From an uncultured Chloroflexia bacterium (GTDB lineage Bacteria > Chloroflexota > Dehalococcoidia > DSTF01 > JALHUB01), in contig CAVSBT010000019.1 of assembly GCA_963726245.1 (NCBI GenBank), positions 1 to 64,000 of the forward strand: a DNA stretch of 64,000 nt, written 5' to 3'. A model generated the notes under the pieces. The model did not search any database. It worked only from the letters and a program-made list of their open reading frames with translations, and had not been told where the DNA came from. Position 1 is the stretch's first letter, and each line of letters begins with the position of its first letter. A program made the translations under genes and the position numbers. Shown one piece after another: positions 41,566 through 53,200 of the stretch.

Positions 41566-42861
41566 ATGGCCCAGCGCGGTGATGAGCCCAGCGCCCTCAG
41601 CGACGTCCGGGTCCTCGACCTCAGCGGCGAGATGGGGATGTACTGCGGCAAGCTCCTCGCCGACCTGGGGGCCGACGTCATCAAGATCGAGCCCCCCGGC
41701 GGCGACCCGGCGCGCCGCCTCGGCCCCTTCTACCACGATGAGCCGGATGCCGAGAAGAGCCTCTCGTTCTTCTATCTCAACACCAGCAAGCGTGGCATTA
41801 CCCTGAATCTGGAGTCCAGCGACGGCCGGGAGCTGTTCCGTCGGTTGGTGAAGACAGCGGACGTGGTGCTGGAGAGCTTTCCTCCTGGCTACCTGGACGC
41901 AATGGACCTCGGCTACGAAGGCCTTCGCCGGATCAGGCCCGACATCATCCTCACCTCCATCACCGGCTTCGGGCAGTGCGGGCCCTACGCTCACTACAAG
42001 GCGCCGGACATCGTCGGTGTGGCGATGAGCGGCGTCATGTGGCTCGCCGGCTACGTCGATGAGCCCCCCAACCTGCTTAGTGGCAGCCAGGGCTACCTCT
42101 CTGCGTCGATCCAGGCGGCGGCCGGCACGCTCATGGCCCTCTACCACCGCGATCTCACCGGGGAGGGCCAGCAGGTGGACGTCTCCATGCAGGAGGCCAT
42201 ATCCATCGCCCAGGAGACCGCCATGCAGACGTGGGACATGATGCGGCTCATACGCATCCGCGAAGGAGCGACCCGTCTCGGCCTGGTGGTGCCCGGCGTC
42301 GGCCCCTACGAGTGCAAGGACGGCTGGGTCTTCTCCTACGTCGGCACGCCGGGTGGTGCGCCCTGGAGTGAGCTCCTGGCCTGGATGATCGAAGAGGGGG
42401 CGGCGGAGGACCTCGCCGAGGAACCGCAGCGGTCGCTGGCGGAGAGCGTCAACATGCGCTTCATCACCGGCCTCTTTCAGGACCTGAGCACGGCCATCGA
42501 GAAGGTGCAGAAACTCGGGCATATCGATGAGGTGCTGAGGCGTTTCTTCGCTGCCAGGGACAAGTGGTATGTCTACGAAGAGGGCCAGAGGCGCCGGCTG
42601 CTCATCGGCATCGTCAGCACGCCGAAGGACCTGGCGGAGAACCGGCAGCTCGCCTTTCGCCAGTACTTCCAGGGCGTCCGCCACCCGGAGCTGGACGATA
42701 CCCTTCGCTACCCGGGGCCGCCGGTACGCCTGGAGGAGACGCCCTGGCGCATTCGCCGCCGGCCGCCTCTCATCAGCGAGCACAACGAGGAGATCTACTG
42801 CGGCGAGCTGGGCCTGCGGCCGGAGGAAGTCGCCCTGCTCTATGCGCGGGGAGCGATATGA
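41566..42861 (+). CDS. Family III (CaiB/BaiF) CoA-transferase, subunit lacking the catalytic Asp
   Basis: LSDVRVLDL, LADLGADVIKIEPPGGD, NTSKRGITLNL, SITGFGQ.GP; QGYLS at the catalytic position; promoter TTGACA-16-TACGAT at 41473. Confidence 0.92.
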   Translation: MAQRGDEPSALSDVRVLDLSGEMGMYCGKLLADLGADVIKIEPPGGDPARRLGPFYHDEPDAEKSLSFFYLNTSKRGITLNLESSDGRELFRRLVKTADVVLESFPPGYLDAMDLGYEGLRRIRPDIILTSITGFGQCGPYAHYKAPDIVGVAMSGVMWLAGYVDEPPNLLSGSQGYLSASIQAAAGTLMALYHRDLTGEGQQVDVSMQEAISIAQETAMQTWDMMRLIRIREGATRLGLVVPGVGPYECKDGWVFSYVGTPGGAPWSELLAWMIEEGAAEDLAEEPQRSLAESVNMRFITGLFQDLSTAIEKVQKLGHIDEVLRRFFAARDKWYVYEEGQRRRLLIGIVSTPKDLAENRQLAFRQYFQGVRHPELDDTLRYPGPPVRLEETPWRIRRRPPLISEHNEEIYCGELGLRPEEVALLYARGAI

Positions 42862-43008
42862 CCGTGAACCTGACACGGATGCGGAACGGATAAACGGATA
42901 GGGTATCGCTTCGCCCATCGGGGGAGTCCAGAGGGGGCACAGCCCCCCTGCTAGGGGCCTCCAGTCTGAGGCTGACCCGCTACCGGCGCGCGGAGGAGTG
43001 TCCCACCA

Positions 43009-44068
43009 ATGAACGACAAGCAGCTACTGGCGGCCATGAACAGACTGCAGGACATGATGCGCAGCGTGTCAACGGGCGGCGGAACTATAGAACATATGAA
43101 CAGCAGATACCGCTCCCTCTGGTTGAACGTTGACGCTGAGCTGTCGCGCAGGGCCATCGAAAACCCTAACGAGTTCACAGACCTTTGGCAGTGGTACGGC
43201 AGGTGGAGTAGTGGCGATCTACCGAGCTACGCGTCGCGCCGGACGTACATCGCGGAACTCTACGCGCCATTGACTCGCATGATCCACAACACGAGAGCGG
43301 GCACCCGCGCAGATCTCGAGGAGCCGACGGGATGGGCGCGTGTGGATCGAACGATAGACGAGATGAGGCGGCAACTGGCGCAAGCGCGGACGGAGGAGCA
43401 GCTCCAACAAGTCGGACTACTTGCAAGAGAAGCTCTCATTTCGTTGGGCCAGGCCGTCTACGACCCAGAACGTCATGTTCCTTCCGATGGGGTCCAACCT
43501 AGCGCGACCGATGCCAAGCGGATGCTGGATGCTTTCATCAGCGGTGAACTGCCCGGTCAAGACAACGAAGTGCGCAGGCGTCATGTTAAGGCCTCCGTCG
43601 ACCTCGCCATGGAGGTTCAACATCAGCGAACCGCAACCTTTCGCGACGCCGCGCTGTGCGCCGAGGCGACGACGTCTGTCGTGAACAGCCTCGCGATCCT
43701 GTCTGGTAGACGGGATCCTATGCCTGAGCGCCGATCTCAGTCGAAGGTGACTCGCGACAGCAAAGAAGCCGTGCGTGCTCTGATCCAGTCGCTCAACGAG
43801 TTCGCTGGCGAGGAGATGGAGCTCCGGAACCACCCCGGAGCCGGTCCTACGATCTTCTTTGTGGGAGATCCTGGAGACCGCCAAGGACCGTGAGCGCAAC
43901 AGGCAGCGCGCTGAGCACGAAGCCCTCCTGAAGGAATGGAGCGTGAAGGTTCGCACCTTGCTGGAATCTAACGCCGTGGAGTTTATCGCTGATTGGGACG
44001 CAGCCAGCCTCTACGATCGTGCTGACCTGCTGCGGCGCTTCATTCAGGAGCTCCGGCAACGCCTGTAG
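43009..44068 (+). CDS. Lower-GC hypothetical protein, possibly abortive-infection/HEPN-like (indel near 43860 or two ORFs)
   Basis: ggagg RBS; NPN.F.DLW.WY..W...LPSY..RR, EPTGW.RVDR, VGLLARE.LISL, TDAKRML, QH.R.A motifs in an all-helical protein. Confidence 0.6.
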
Positions 44069-44126
44069 ACTGAGCAGCTAAGAGCACTCTTTCGACACCC
44101 AGTGTGGGGCCCCTAAGAGGTGTGCT

Positions 44127-45384
44127 ATGTCTGGTGCGGCCCTCCCCCTGACCGGCGTCAAGGTAGCCGACTTCTCCTGGTTCGGCGCTGGGCCCATTTG
44201 CGCCGCCGTCATGGCTTACTACGGCGCCGACGTGGTTCGCGTGGAGTCGGAGACGCACGTCGACGGCCTGCGCACGCTCCTGCCGGTTGCGGAAGGGAAG
44301 GAAGGCTACAATGTCAGCGGCTGGTTCAACAACTACAACGCCGGCAAGTGGTCCCTCACCCTCAACCTCAACACGGACCGGGGACGTGAGCTGGCCCATG
44401 AGCTGGTGCGCTGGTCCGACGTCTTCCTGACCAACTTCACGCCGAGCGTCATCGAACGCTGGTCCCTCACCTACGAGGACCTGGTGAAGGTGAAGCCTGA
44501 CATCATCGCCGTCTACCAGCCGATGCAGGGCTTCCAGGGCCCCCACCGCGACTTCCTCGGCTTTGGCGCCGTCCTCACCCCTACTGCCGGCTTCAGCCAT
44601 CTAACCGGGTTCCCGGGCACGCCGCCCGTCGGCACCGGCACGAACTACCCGGACTACGTCGTCAACCCCATCCACACCCTCACCGGCATTCTCGCCGCCT
44701 TGCACTACCGTCGAAAGACGGGCAAGGGGCAGCGCGTCGAGCTGGCTCAGGTGGAATCGGCCGTGTGCGCCCTGGGCGCCTGCCCTCATGGACTACACCG
44801 TCAACGGCCGCGTACAGGAGCGGGCCGGCAATCGCGTGCCCCACGCCGCGCCGCACGGCGCCTTCCCCTGCCAGCCCCTCAAGGGCGCCGGCTTCCTCGG
44901 CACCGACGAAGAGCGCTGGTGCGTCATCGCCGTGTACACCGACGAGGAGTGGGACGCCCTCTGCCGCGTCATGGGCGGCCCGGAGTGGACGCGCGACGAG
45001 CGCTTCGCCACCTTCCGGGCGCGCAAGGAGAACGAGGACGAGCTGGAGCGGCTGATCGGGGCGTGGACGAGCACGAAGACGCCCGAGGAGGTGATGGAGA
45101 GCCTCCAGGCCGCCGGCGTGCCGGCCGGCGTCATCCAGAACGCCCGCGACGTGCTGGATAGCGATCCGCACCTGAAGGAGCGCGGGTACTACGTCTACCT
45201 GGACCACCCGGAGGCCGGCCGCACCGCCTACGACACCCCGGGCTTCCGCCTGACGAAGACGCCGGGCGCCTACCGCTCGCCGGCCCCCTGCCTGGGCGAG
45301 CACACGGAGTACGTCTGCAAGGAGATCCTCAAGCTCTCCGACGAAGAGATCGCCCAGCTAGTGATCGACGAGGTGCTGCGGTAG
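44127..45384 (+). CDS. Family III (CaiB/BaiF) CoA-transferase with catalytic Asp (indel near 44780)
   Basis: LTGVKVADFSW..AGP, GADVVRVES, NAGKWSLTLNL, GTNYPDY, APCLGEHT. Confidence 0.92.
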
Positions 45385-45477
45385 GGACCCTCGCCGCGTC
45401 TCCTCCGGCAGAGAAGTTCCGCCTGCGCTCTGCTGTGCTATCCTGAGATCGCTACCCCTCTAGAGAGGAGACCCCCA

Positions 45478-47128
45478 ATGGCCCAGATCGACGGCGGTGA
45501 GCTGGTGGCCCGCACCCTCAAGCAGGAGGGCATCGACTGCATCTTCACCCTCTGCGGCGGCCACGTGATGAACATCTATAACGGCTGCCTGGACCACGGC
45601 ATCCGCGTCGTCGACGTGCGCCACGAGCAGGCCGCCGGCCACGCCGCCGAGGGCTGGTCGCGCGTCACCCGCCGGCCCGGCGTGGCCGTCGTCACCGCCG
45701 GCCCCGGCGTCACCGACACCGTAACGGCCGTCGCCAACGCCTACCAGAACCGCAGCCCCATGCTCCTCATCGGCGGCGCGGCGCCGCTATCCCAAGCGCA
45801 GATGGGCGGCCTCCAGGAGATGGAGCAGGTGGACCTGCTGAAGCCCATCACCAAGTGGTCGGGCACCGCCTACCAGACCCGTCGCATCCCCGAGTACCTC
45901 CAGATGTGCTTCCGCATCGCCATGAGCGGCCGCTACGGGCCGTGCTTCCTGGAGATGCCCGCGGATGTCCTCTTCGGCCGCGTCGAGGAGGGTGAAGTCG
46001 CCATCCCCCAGAGCTACCGGACCGAGGGCCGCGTCCAGGGCGACCGGCGCCTGGTCGCTGAGGCCGCCGCCCTGCTCGACAAGGCGGAGCGACCGGTGGT
46101 GATGGCCGGCAGCCAGGTCTACTGGTCGGACGCGGCCGACGCCCTGCGCCGGCTCAGTCGAGCGCCTGGGGGCGCCGGTGTACCTGAACGCCATGGCACG
46201 GGGCTCCATCCGCCAGGACCACCCGCTGTTCTTCTCGCGCACGCGCAGCGCCGCCCTCAGCGAGGCCGACGTCGTGCTGGTGATCGGCACGCCCATGGAC
46301 TTCCGCCTGCGCTTCGGTCGCGCCTTCAGCGACGCCTCGAAGATCATCCAGGTGGACGTGGACCCCACGGAGATCGGCCGCAACCGCCCCTTCGACATCG
46401 GCATCGAGGGCGACGCCGGGGCTGTCCTCGCGCAGATGCTGGCGGAGCTGGGCGATCCGCCGCCGGCGGACGACGGCGGCGCCTGGGTCAAGGGCCTGCG
46501 CGAAAAGGAGGACCAGGTGTGGGAGCTGCGCCAGCAATGGCTGCGCTCCGACGCCGTCCCCATCCACCCGCTGCGCCTCTGCCACGAGATGGCCCAGTTC
46601 GTTGACGACGACACCCTGGTCGTGGGCGACGGCGGCGACATCGTCAACCTGGCGGCCCAGGTGCTGCCCATTAACCACCCCGGCCAGTGGTTCGACCCCG
46701 GGCCCATGGGCACGCTGGGCGTCGGCACCGGATTCTCGATGGCGGCCAAGATCGCCCAACCCGAGAAGAGGATCCTGATGGTGAACGGCGACGGCGCCTT
46801 CGGGCTCAACGGCTTCGAGTTCGACACCTTGGTGCGCCACAATTTGCCCGTGGTGTCGGTGATCGGGAACGACCGCCGGTGGGGGCAGATCGCGGTTGGC
46901 CAGGTGAAGATGTACGGTCGCGAGCGCGCGGTCGCCTCCACCCTGGCCGACAACGCCCGCTACGACCGCGTGGTGGAGGCACTCGGCGGCCACGGCGAGT
47001 TCGTGACGGAGCCGGGCGAGATACGGCCCGCCATCGAGAGGGCGTTCGCCTCCGGCAAGCCGGCCTGCGTCAACGTCATCACCGACCCGGAGCCGCCCGG
47101 CGTCGAGGGCGGCTACGAGTTCATGTGA
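45478..47128 (+). CDS. Thiamine-diphosphate enzyme, acetolactate-synthase-like / 2-hydroxyacyl-CoA lyase-like (indel near 46155)
   Basis: [40 protein letters not shown]...N motif. Confidence 0.9.
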
Positions 47129-47192
47129 GGTTGTTGTTGTTTGTCGTGAAGGCGGCGCTTCGGGGCTTGTTGAGTAAGGTCTTTGTCGGCCT

Positions 47193-47254
47193 TGTCATTC
47201 TGAGCGAAGCGAAGAATCTGGGCTGGCGAGACCCTTCGCTTCGCTCAGGGTGAC
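47193..47254. repeat. Inverted doublet tgtcattctgagcgaagcgaagaatct...cccttcgcttcgctcagggtgaca
   Basis: Two inverted arms; half copy at 35400. Confidence 0.8.
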
Positions 47255-47278
47255 AGGGTGTGAGGCGGGCGAGCAGCC

Positions 47279-47506
47279 GTGGAACGAGAAAACTGGCAAG
47301 ACCAGCCTGAGGAGGGCTGGGACGAGGACGAGGAGGAGTGGGACCCCAACAGTCCCGAGGACCCCGACTATGACCTGTCGGAGTCGGCGGGCTACGCCGG
47401 CTACGACTCCAACCGCGAGTTCCCTTCGCGTACGCTGATCATCATCGTCTCCCTGATACTGGTGGCCGCTCTCCTGGCCCCCTTCCTCCTCCGCGTACTG
47501 CCGTAG
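47279..47506 (+). CDS. Small acidic protein with C-terminal transmembrane helix
   Basis: GTG start, D/E-rich N-terminus, LIIIVSLILVAALLAPFLL. Confidence 0.6.
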   Translation: MERENWQDQPEEGWDEDEEEWDPNSPEDPDYDLSESAGYAGYDSNREFPSRTLIIIVSLILVAALLAPFLLRVLP

Positions 47507-47517
47507 GCGGGCCGCCC

Positions 47518-47578
47518 GTAGCGGAGGGCTTTAGCCCTCCACGTACCTCGGTCGTGGAAGGCTCAAGCCTTCCGCTAC
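47518..47578. repeat. GTAG-type REP inverted doublet (REPIN-like)
   Basis: gtagcggagggctttagccctcc ... ggaaggctcaagccttccgctac. Confidence 0.85.
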
Positions 47579-47671
47579 ATGCTGCGCATGGCGCTACCCG
47601 GCGTTCGACGCTGTGGAGGATATTCTCGCGTCGGTGCTACAATGGCCCACAGAGCTTGCAGGGGAGGGTGA

Positions 47672-47996
47672 GTGCCCAAGATCACCATTCAGCCACTGAA
47701 TGTTGTCGTCGAGACGGCGCCGCAGGAGACGATCATGGCGGCCGCCCAGGCCCAGGGCTACTACTGGCCCAGCACCTGCGGCGGCGAGGGGCGCTGCACC
47801 ACCTGCGCCCTTACCGTCGTCGGGGGACATGAGAACCTCTCGGAGATGGGGCGCTGGGAGCGCAAGGCCATTGAAGCCGAGCTGGGCCCAGCGGCCCTGT
47901 CGCGGGGCGTGCGCCTCGCCTGCCAGGCCCGCGTCCTGGGGGACGCCGAGGTGCGTCAAGCCCGGCGTCCGCCGCGACTGGCATAGCAAGGGCTGA
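47672..47996 (+). CDS. 2Fe-2S ferredoxin (probable indel near the 3' end)
   Basis: CGGEGRCTTC and RLACQ. Confidence 0.88.
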
Positions 47997-48096
47997 AACC
48001 TCGCGCCCGCAGGCGAGAACGGCCGCCGCCGTGGTACAATCGCTTCGCAACCGCAGAGTGAGGACCATTACCGGCGTCGATGGCCGGAGGTGACGT

Positions 48097-49029
48097 GTGG
48101 ACCTGGGTCAGCTAGAGGCCTTCGTCGAGGTGGCGCGTCACCGCAGCTTCAGCAAGGCGGCAGAAGCGCTTTTCCTGACGCAGCCCTCAGTGACGGCGCG
48201 CATCCAGGCCCTGGAGCGCGAGCTGGGCGAGCCGCTCTTCGAGCGCAACGGCCGGGGCGTCCGCCTCACCGATGTCGGCAGCTCTTTTCTACCCCACGCC
48301 CAGCGGGTGCTGAAGGCCCTTCAAGAGGGTCGCGACGCCCTGGAAGGGCTACGTAGCCTCCAGATCGGCGCCCTGCGCCTGGGCACCGCCTTCACGGTGG
48401 GTACCTACGTCCTGCCCGGGATACTCAGGACCTACCACGAGCGCTTCCCCGCCGTGGAGTTCTCGGTCAAGACGGGCCGCTCCGAGGAAGTGCTGCATCT
48501 GGTGCTCGGCGACGAGGTGCAGGCAGGCCTGGTCCGCGCCGTCGTCCACGCCGATGTCGAGACGGTCCAGCTCTACCAGGACGAGGTGGTGCTGGTCACC
48601 AACTCCAAGCACCCCTTCGCTGCCAGCGGCGAGGCATCTGTGGAGGACGTGGGCCGGCAGCCCTTTATCCTGTTCAACAAGGGGTCGAGCTATTACGACC
48701 TGGTGCAGGGCCTCTTCCGTCAGGCCGGCGTCGTGCCCTGGACAGCCATGGAGCTGGACAGCATGGAGGCGATGAAGAAGATGGTGGAGGAGGGGCTGGG
48801 CATCGCCATGCTGCCGCGGGTGTCGGTAGAGCGTGAAATCAATCTGGGAGTGCTGGCCGAGATAAAGCTCCGGGACGTGGAGAACGCTCGAAGGCGCATC
48901 GCGCTCATCTATCGACGTAACCGCCGCCCTTCGCGGACGATGGTCACCTTCCTCAACATACTCCACGAGGTCTATGACTTCGAATGGCCGGCCAGCATGG
49001 GCCAGCCGGCCCCCGCCGTCCCGTACTAG
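48097..49029 (+). CDS. LysR-family transcriptional regulator
   Basis: QLEAFVEVA..SFSKAAEALFLTQPSVT.RI..LE.ELG..LFER. Confidence 0.95.
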   Translation: MDLGQLEAFVEVARHRSFSKAAEALFLTQPSVTARIQALERELGEPLFERNGRGVRLTDVGSSFLPHAQRVLKALQEGRDALEGLRSLQIGALRLGTAFTVGTYVLPGILRTYHERFPAVEFSVKTGRSEEVLHLVLGDEVQAGLVRAVVHADVETVQLYQDEVVLVTNSKHPFAASGEASVEDVGRQPFILFNKGSSYYDLVQGLFRQAGVVPWTAMELDSMEAMKKMVEEGLGIAMLPRVSVEREINLGVLAEIKLRDVENARRRIALIYRRNRRPSRTMVTFLNILHEVYDFEWPASMGQPAPAVPY

Positions 49030-49043
49030 GGCCGCCAGCAACG

Positions 49044-49148
49044 TTCCCGAAGGCCAGCTTTCAGGCTGGCACGGCTGGGGCTGTACCGTAGCGGAAGGCT
49101 TCAGCCTTCCAACGCGGAGCTGTGTGGGGGGCTAAAGCCCTCCGCTAC
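49044..49148. repeat. gaaggccagc-type palindrome followed by a GTAG REP inverted doublet
   Basis: 49044-49075 matches 22864-22895; 49088-49148 gtagcggaaggcttcagccttcc...ggggggctaaagccctccgctac. Confidence 0.85.
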
Positions 49149-50009
49149 GCCTCTGGCGTGAGCCCCAACTCCTCCCGGATTCTGGCGCAGGATGTCCACG
49201 TTCTCCTTGTCGGGACCCTTCTTCTCGAAGCCGGGCACCTCCAGGAGGAAGGGGACGTCTCGAAAGGCCGGATGCCCCATGATCACCTTGAAGCCCTCGC
49301 GGCCGATGAGCCCCTCGCCGATGTTCTCGTGCCGGTCGACGCCGCCCCCGAGGCGTATCTTGGAGTCGTTGGCGTGGATGGCTACCAGGTTCGCCAGCCC
49401 CACCTCCTTCTCGAATTCGGCCAGAGCCGCCTCCAGCCCCTTGGGGGTCGCCACGTCATGGCCGGCGGCGAAGGCGTGCTGCGTATCCAAGCAGACCTTG
49501 ACCCGCGGGCTACCGACCTCTCGCGTGATGATCCCCAGTTCCGGGAAGCGCGACCCGACGCTTCCTCCCATGCCGGCGCTGTTCTCCAGGATGAGCCAGG
49601 TATCGCCGGGAGAGCCCTCCAGGGCGCGATGCACGGCGGAGGCGACCTGCGAGCGCACGGCCTCGAAGCCGGCGCCACGGTGACTGCCCAGGTGGAATAT
49701 GGTGCCCGCGGCCCCAATCTGACGGCAGACGTCCAGCGACCAGGTGAGGGCATCCACAGAGCGCTCCAGGCCGACAGGGTCGCTGGTGGCCAGGTTGATC
49801 AGATAGGGCCCGTGGATGAAGACAGGCCGCACGCCGGCCTCGGCGGCCTTCTTCTGGAAGGCCTCTGTTCTTTCCGCTGAGTATTCGGTCTTGCGCCAGG
49901 ACTGGGGCGCTGCTGCGAAGATCTGGATGGTCTCGGCGCCCATGGCCAGCGCCCGCTCGACGCCCTTGTCCAGCCCGCCGCTGGTGGAGACGTGCGCTCC
50001 GATTCTCAT
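49145..50009 (-). CDS. nfo: Endonuclease IV (indel near 49180)
   Basis: IGAHVS, HGPYLINLA, FHLGS, LENSAG, CLDTQH, HANDSK, DRHENIGEG. Confidence 0.95.
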
Positions 50010-50150
50010 GATCGTTCTCCCAACGCGCCGCTAGTTCGCATCTGTACCGTGTCCATTATACCGGCCGGACGCCCCCGGCAGCAGGCTCCTTGCTTGCTGA
50101 CAGCGTGCGGGTCGTCTTGAGTCTGCCCGGTGACAGGCAGGCCTGACGCA

Positions 50151-50180
50151 CCGCTCATGGTGAGCTTGTCGAACCACGAG
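50151..50180. repeat. REP-like palindrome, same family as 2562-2662
   Basis: ccgctcatggtgagcttgtcgaaccacgag. Confidence 0.7.
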
Positions 50181-50267
50181 GGGCCGGCTCGGGTTGGCGG
50201 CACGCTGCTGGGGCTTTAGACCGGAGGTTGGGGCAGGAGACAGGGCGAGCTCGGGGGCCGTCTGCCG

Positions 50268-53200
50268 CTAGGCTGCGAGGTCGATGAGCGCCTCGCGGTG
50301 CAGGCGGACCAGCTTCTTCTGCTTGTGGAGCCGCGCTAGGGACTGCACGACCTTGGGGCTGAACTGCGCGCCTGAGCACGATACGATCTCCCGCACAGCA
50401 GCGGCGACGGAGCGGGCCGACCTGTAGGGACGGTCATTGACCATGGCGTCGAAGGCGTCGGCCACAGAGACGATAGTGGCGGCTGTGGGGATGCTCTTGC
50501 CCACCAGACCGTCCGGGTATCCGGTGCCGTCCCAGCGCTCGTGGTGAGAGCGGGCGATGGTGGCCGCCAGTTCGAAGCCAGGACGTTCCATCAGAAAGTC
50601 CTCGCCCCAAACCGTGTGCTGTTTCATCAGGTCCCATTCCTTGTCGGTGAGCTGGCCAGCGGTCGAAAGCACGACATCGGGCACGCGAATCTTGCCGATG
50701 TCGTGGAGGACAGCGGCCAAACCTAGCTCCTCAGCGTAGTCTTCGCCATAGCCCAACTCGCGCGCCAGAGCTTCGGTTATGCTGCGTATGCTCCGGAGGT
50801 GGAGACCCGTGGCCTGGTCGTGGGCCTCGGCGGCGGCCGCCAGCAGCACCACTGTCTCGGTGTGACCTTGCACGAGACGGGTTGAAGTCGACTGGAGGTC
50901 CTCGACCAGCGTCGCCAGCCGCACGATGGCCGTCACCTGGGTGGCGACGGCTACCAGGAACTCGGCGTCACGCGGTCCGAACGCCGCTTCCCGCTTGCTG
51001 CCCACCGAGAGGTGGCCGATAAGCTCGTCCCGCCAGATCATGGGCGCGATCAGGACCGACCGCATTCCCGCGGTCCGCAGCAGTTTCCGCTGATCCGCGG
51101 TGAACCGCTCGTCGTTCTGGGGGTCGTCCATGATGATCGCGCGACGCGTGCGCTCCTGGATGCGGCGGATGGGGGACTGGGGGGCCCCGCGCTGCGCATT
51201 ACTCCAGGCGTCGACCAGATCTTCGGGCATCCGGGCAAAAGTGCTCAACCCCCCCTGTGGATTGCCCTCTGACCCGAAGAGCACAAAGTTGACGGCGTCG
51301 TAATCGCCTCCCACGGACAGCCGGTGAGCAACCAGGCGTAGCTTGTCGTTTAGGTCGTCCAGGGACGTCAGGAGGGGTACTATCTGGCCAACCATCTTGG
51401 CGGCGCGGTCGCCACCCTGAGCTCGCGAGAGCGTGCTCCCGGCCGACAGCACCGGCCGCTGTCGCCGCCAGGCGTACATGGCGCTATCGGCGAGCTTGAT
51501 CAGCTCCTCGATCCTCCCGGCCTCCGTCGGGTAGATGGCGAGCCCGACACTGGCGATGATTTGAACCCTGGTGCCGGTCTCCGAATCGCGCAAGTCCACC
51601 TCTGCCAGCGTGTCAAGCACTCGTTGGCGATAGGTTTCGGCGGCTTCGCGGTCAGTGTTGGGCAAGAGGGCGACGAACTCATCGCCTCCGTACCGGCCGA
51701 CGAGGGCGCCATCCCTTGCGAGCCCGCCGGCGACCGCCACGAGCACGGCATCGCCGACCTGGTGGCCGTAGGTGTCGTTTATCGCCTTCAGGCCGTCAAC
51801 GTCGATCATCGCCACGGCGTGGGATGAGCCGTTGGCATCGCCGGAAACCAGGTTCCTTAGTTCCTGGACGATCGCTCCGTGGTTGAGCACGCTGGTCAGC
51901 GCGTCGCGCCGGGCCTGCTCCCGCAGCGCCGTCTCCATCCGCTTGCGCTCGGTGATGTCTCTGAGAGCGCCTTCGACCCCGATAAAAGCGCCATCGGGGC
52001 CGCGAAGAAGACGAGCGCTAACAGAGGTATCGATGACGAGGCCGTCTCCCGTCTTCAGGTGGATTTCGTAGTCAGTGACCGCTTCCCGTTCCATGAGCGC
52101 CTGCAGAAGCGCTGAGCGCTCTTCTGGGTTGGGGTAGACGTCCAGTACCTGCGTGCCGATTAGCCCCTCACGGGTGTATCCGAACCGCTCCACCGATGGG
52201 TTGATTTCGGTGATGATCCCCTTGTCATCCGTCCGGTAATAGATGTCCTGCACGTTTTCGAAGATTCCGCGGTACTTCGCCTCGCTCTCTCTTAGCGCCT
52301 CTTCCATCCGCTTGCGCTCGCTGATGTCTCTGAGCGAGCCTTCAACCCCGAGGAATTGGCCGTCGGGGCCGCGAAGAAGATGAGCGCTAACAGAGGTATC
52401 GATGACGCGGCCGTCTGCCGTCTTCAGGTGGATTTCGTAGTCAGTGACCGCTTCCCCTTCCAAAAGCGCCTGCAGAAGCGCGGAGGGCTCTTCCGCGCTC
52501 GCGTAGATATCCGTCACCGGCGTGCCGATCAGCGCCTCACGGGAGTATCCGTAGCGTTCAATCGACGGGCTGATCTCAGTGATGACGCGCTTGTCATCAG
52601 TCTGGTAGAAGACGTCCTGCACGCTTTCGAAGATCTGGCGGTACTTCGCCTCGCTCTCTCTTAGCGCCTTCTCCATCCGCTTGCGCTCGGTGACATCTCT
52701 GAGGGAGCCTTCGACCCCGGCGAATTCGCCATTGGGGCCGTGAAGAAGATGAGTGCTGACAGAGGTGGTTCTGTCGAGCCCGTCTCCCGACTTCAGGTGG
52801 ACTTCGAAGTCAATGACCACTCCCTGTTCGAAGAGCGCTTTCATGAGCGCTGAGCGCTCGTCTGGGTCTTTGTACATGTCCAGCACGGGCGTGCCGATTA
52901 GCTCGTCGGGGTCGTTTCCGAAGCGTCGCACCGATGGGCTGATCTCGGTGATGATGCCCTTGTCATCCGTCCGGTAGTAGATGTCCTGCACGTTGTCGAA
53001 GATGCGGCGGAACTTCTCTTCCGTCTCCCGCAGCGCCTCGTTCGAGCGTTCCAGCTCGGTCGCCGTCTGCTTCAGCGCCTCTTCCATCCGCTTGCGCTCG
53101 CTGACGTCGGTGGCCACGCCGATGACGCCGGAAACCTGGCCGCTTCGATCACGCAGCGGCGCGCAATAGGTCTCGAAGGTGAAGTCGGCCAGTTCCACCT

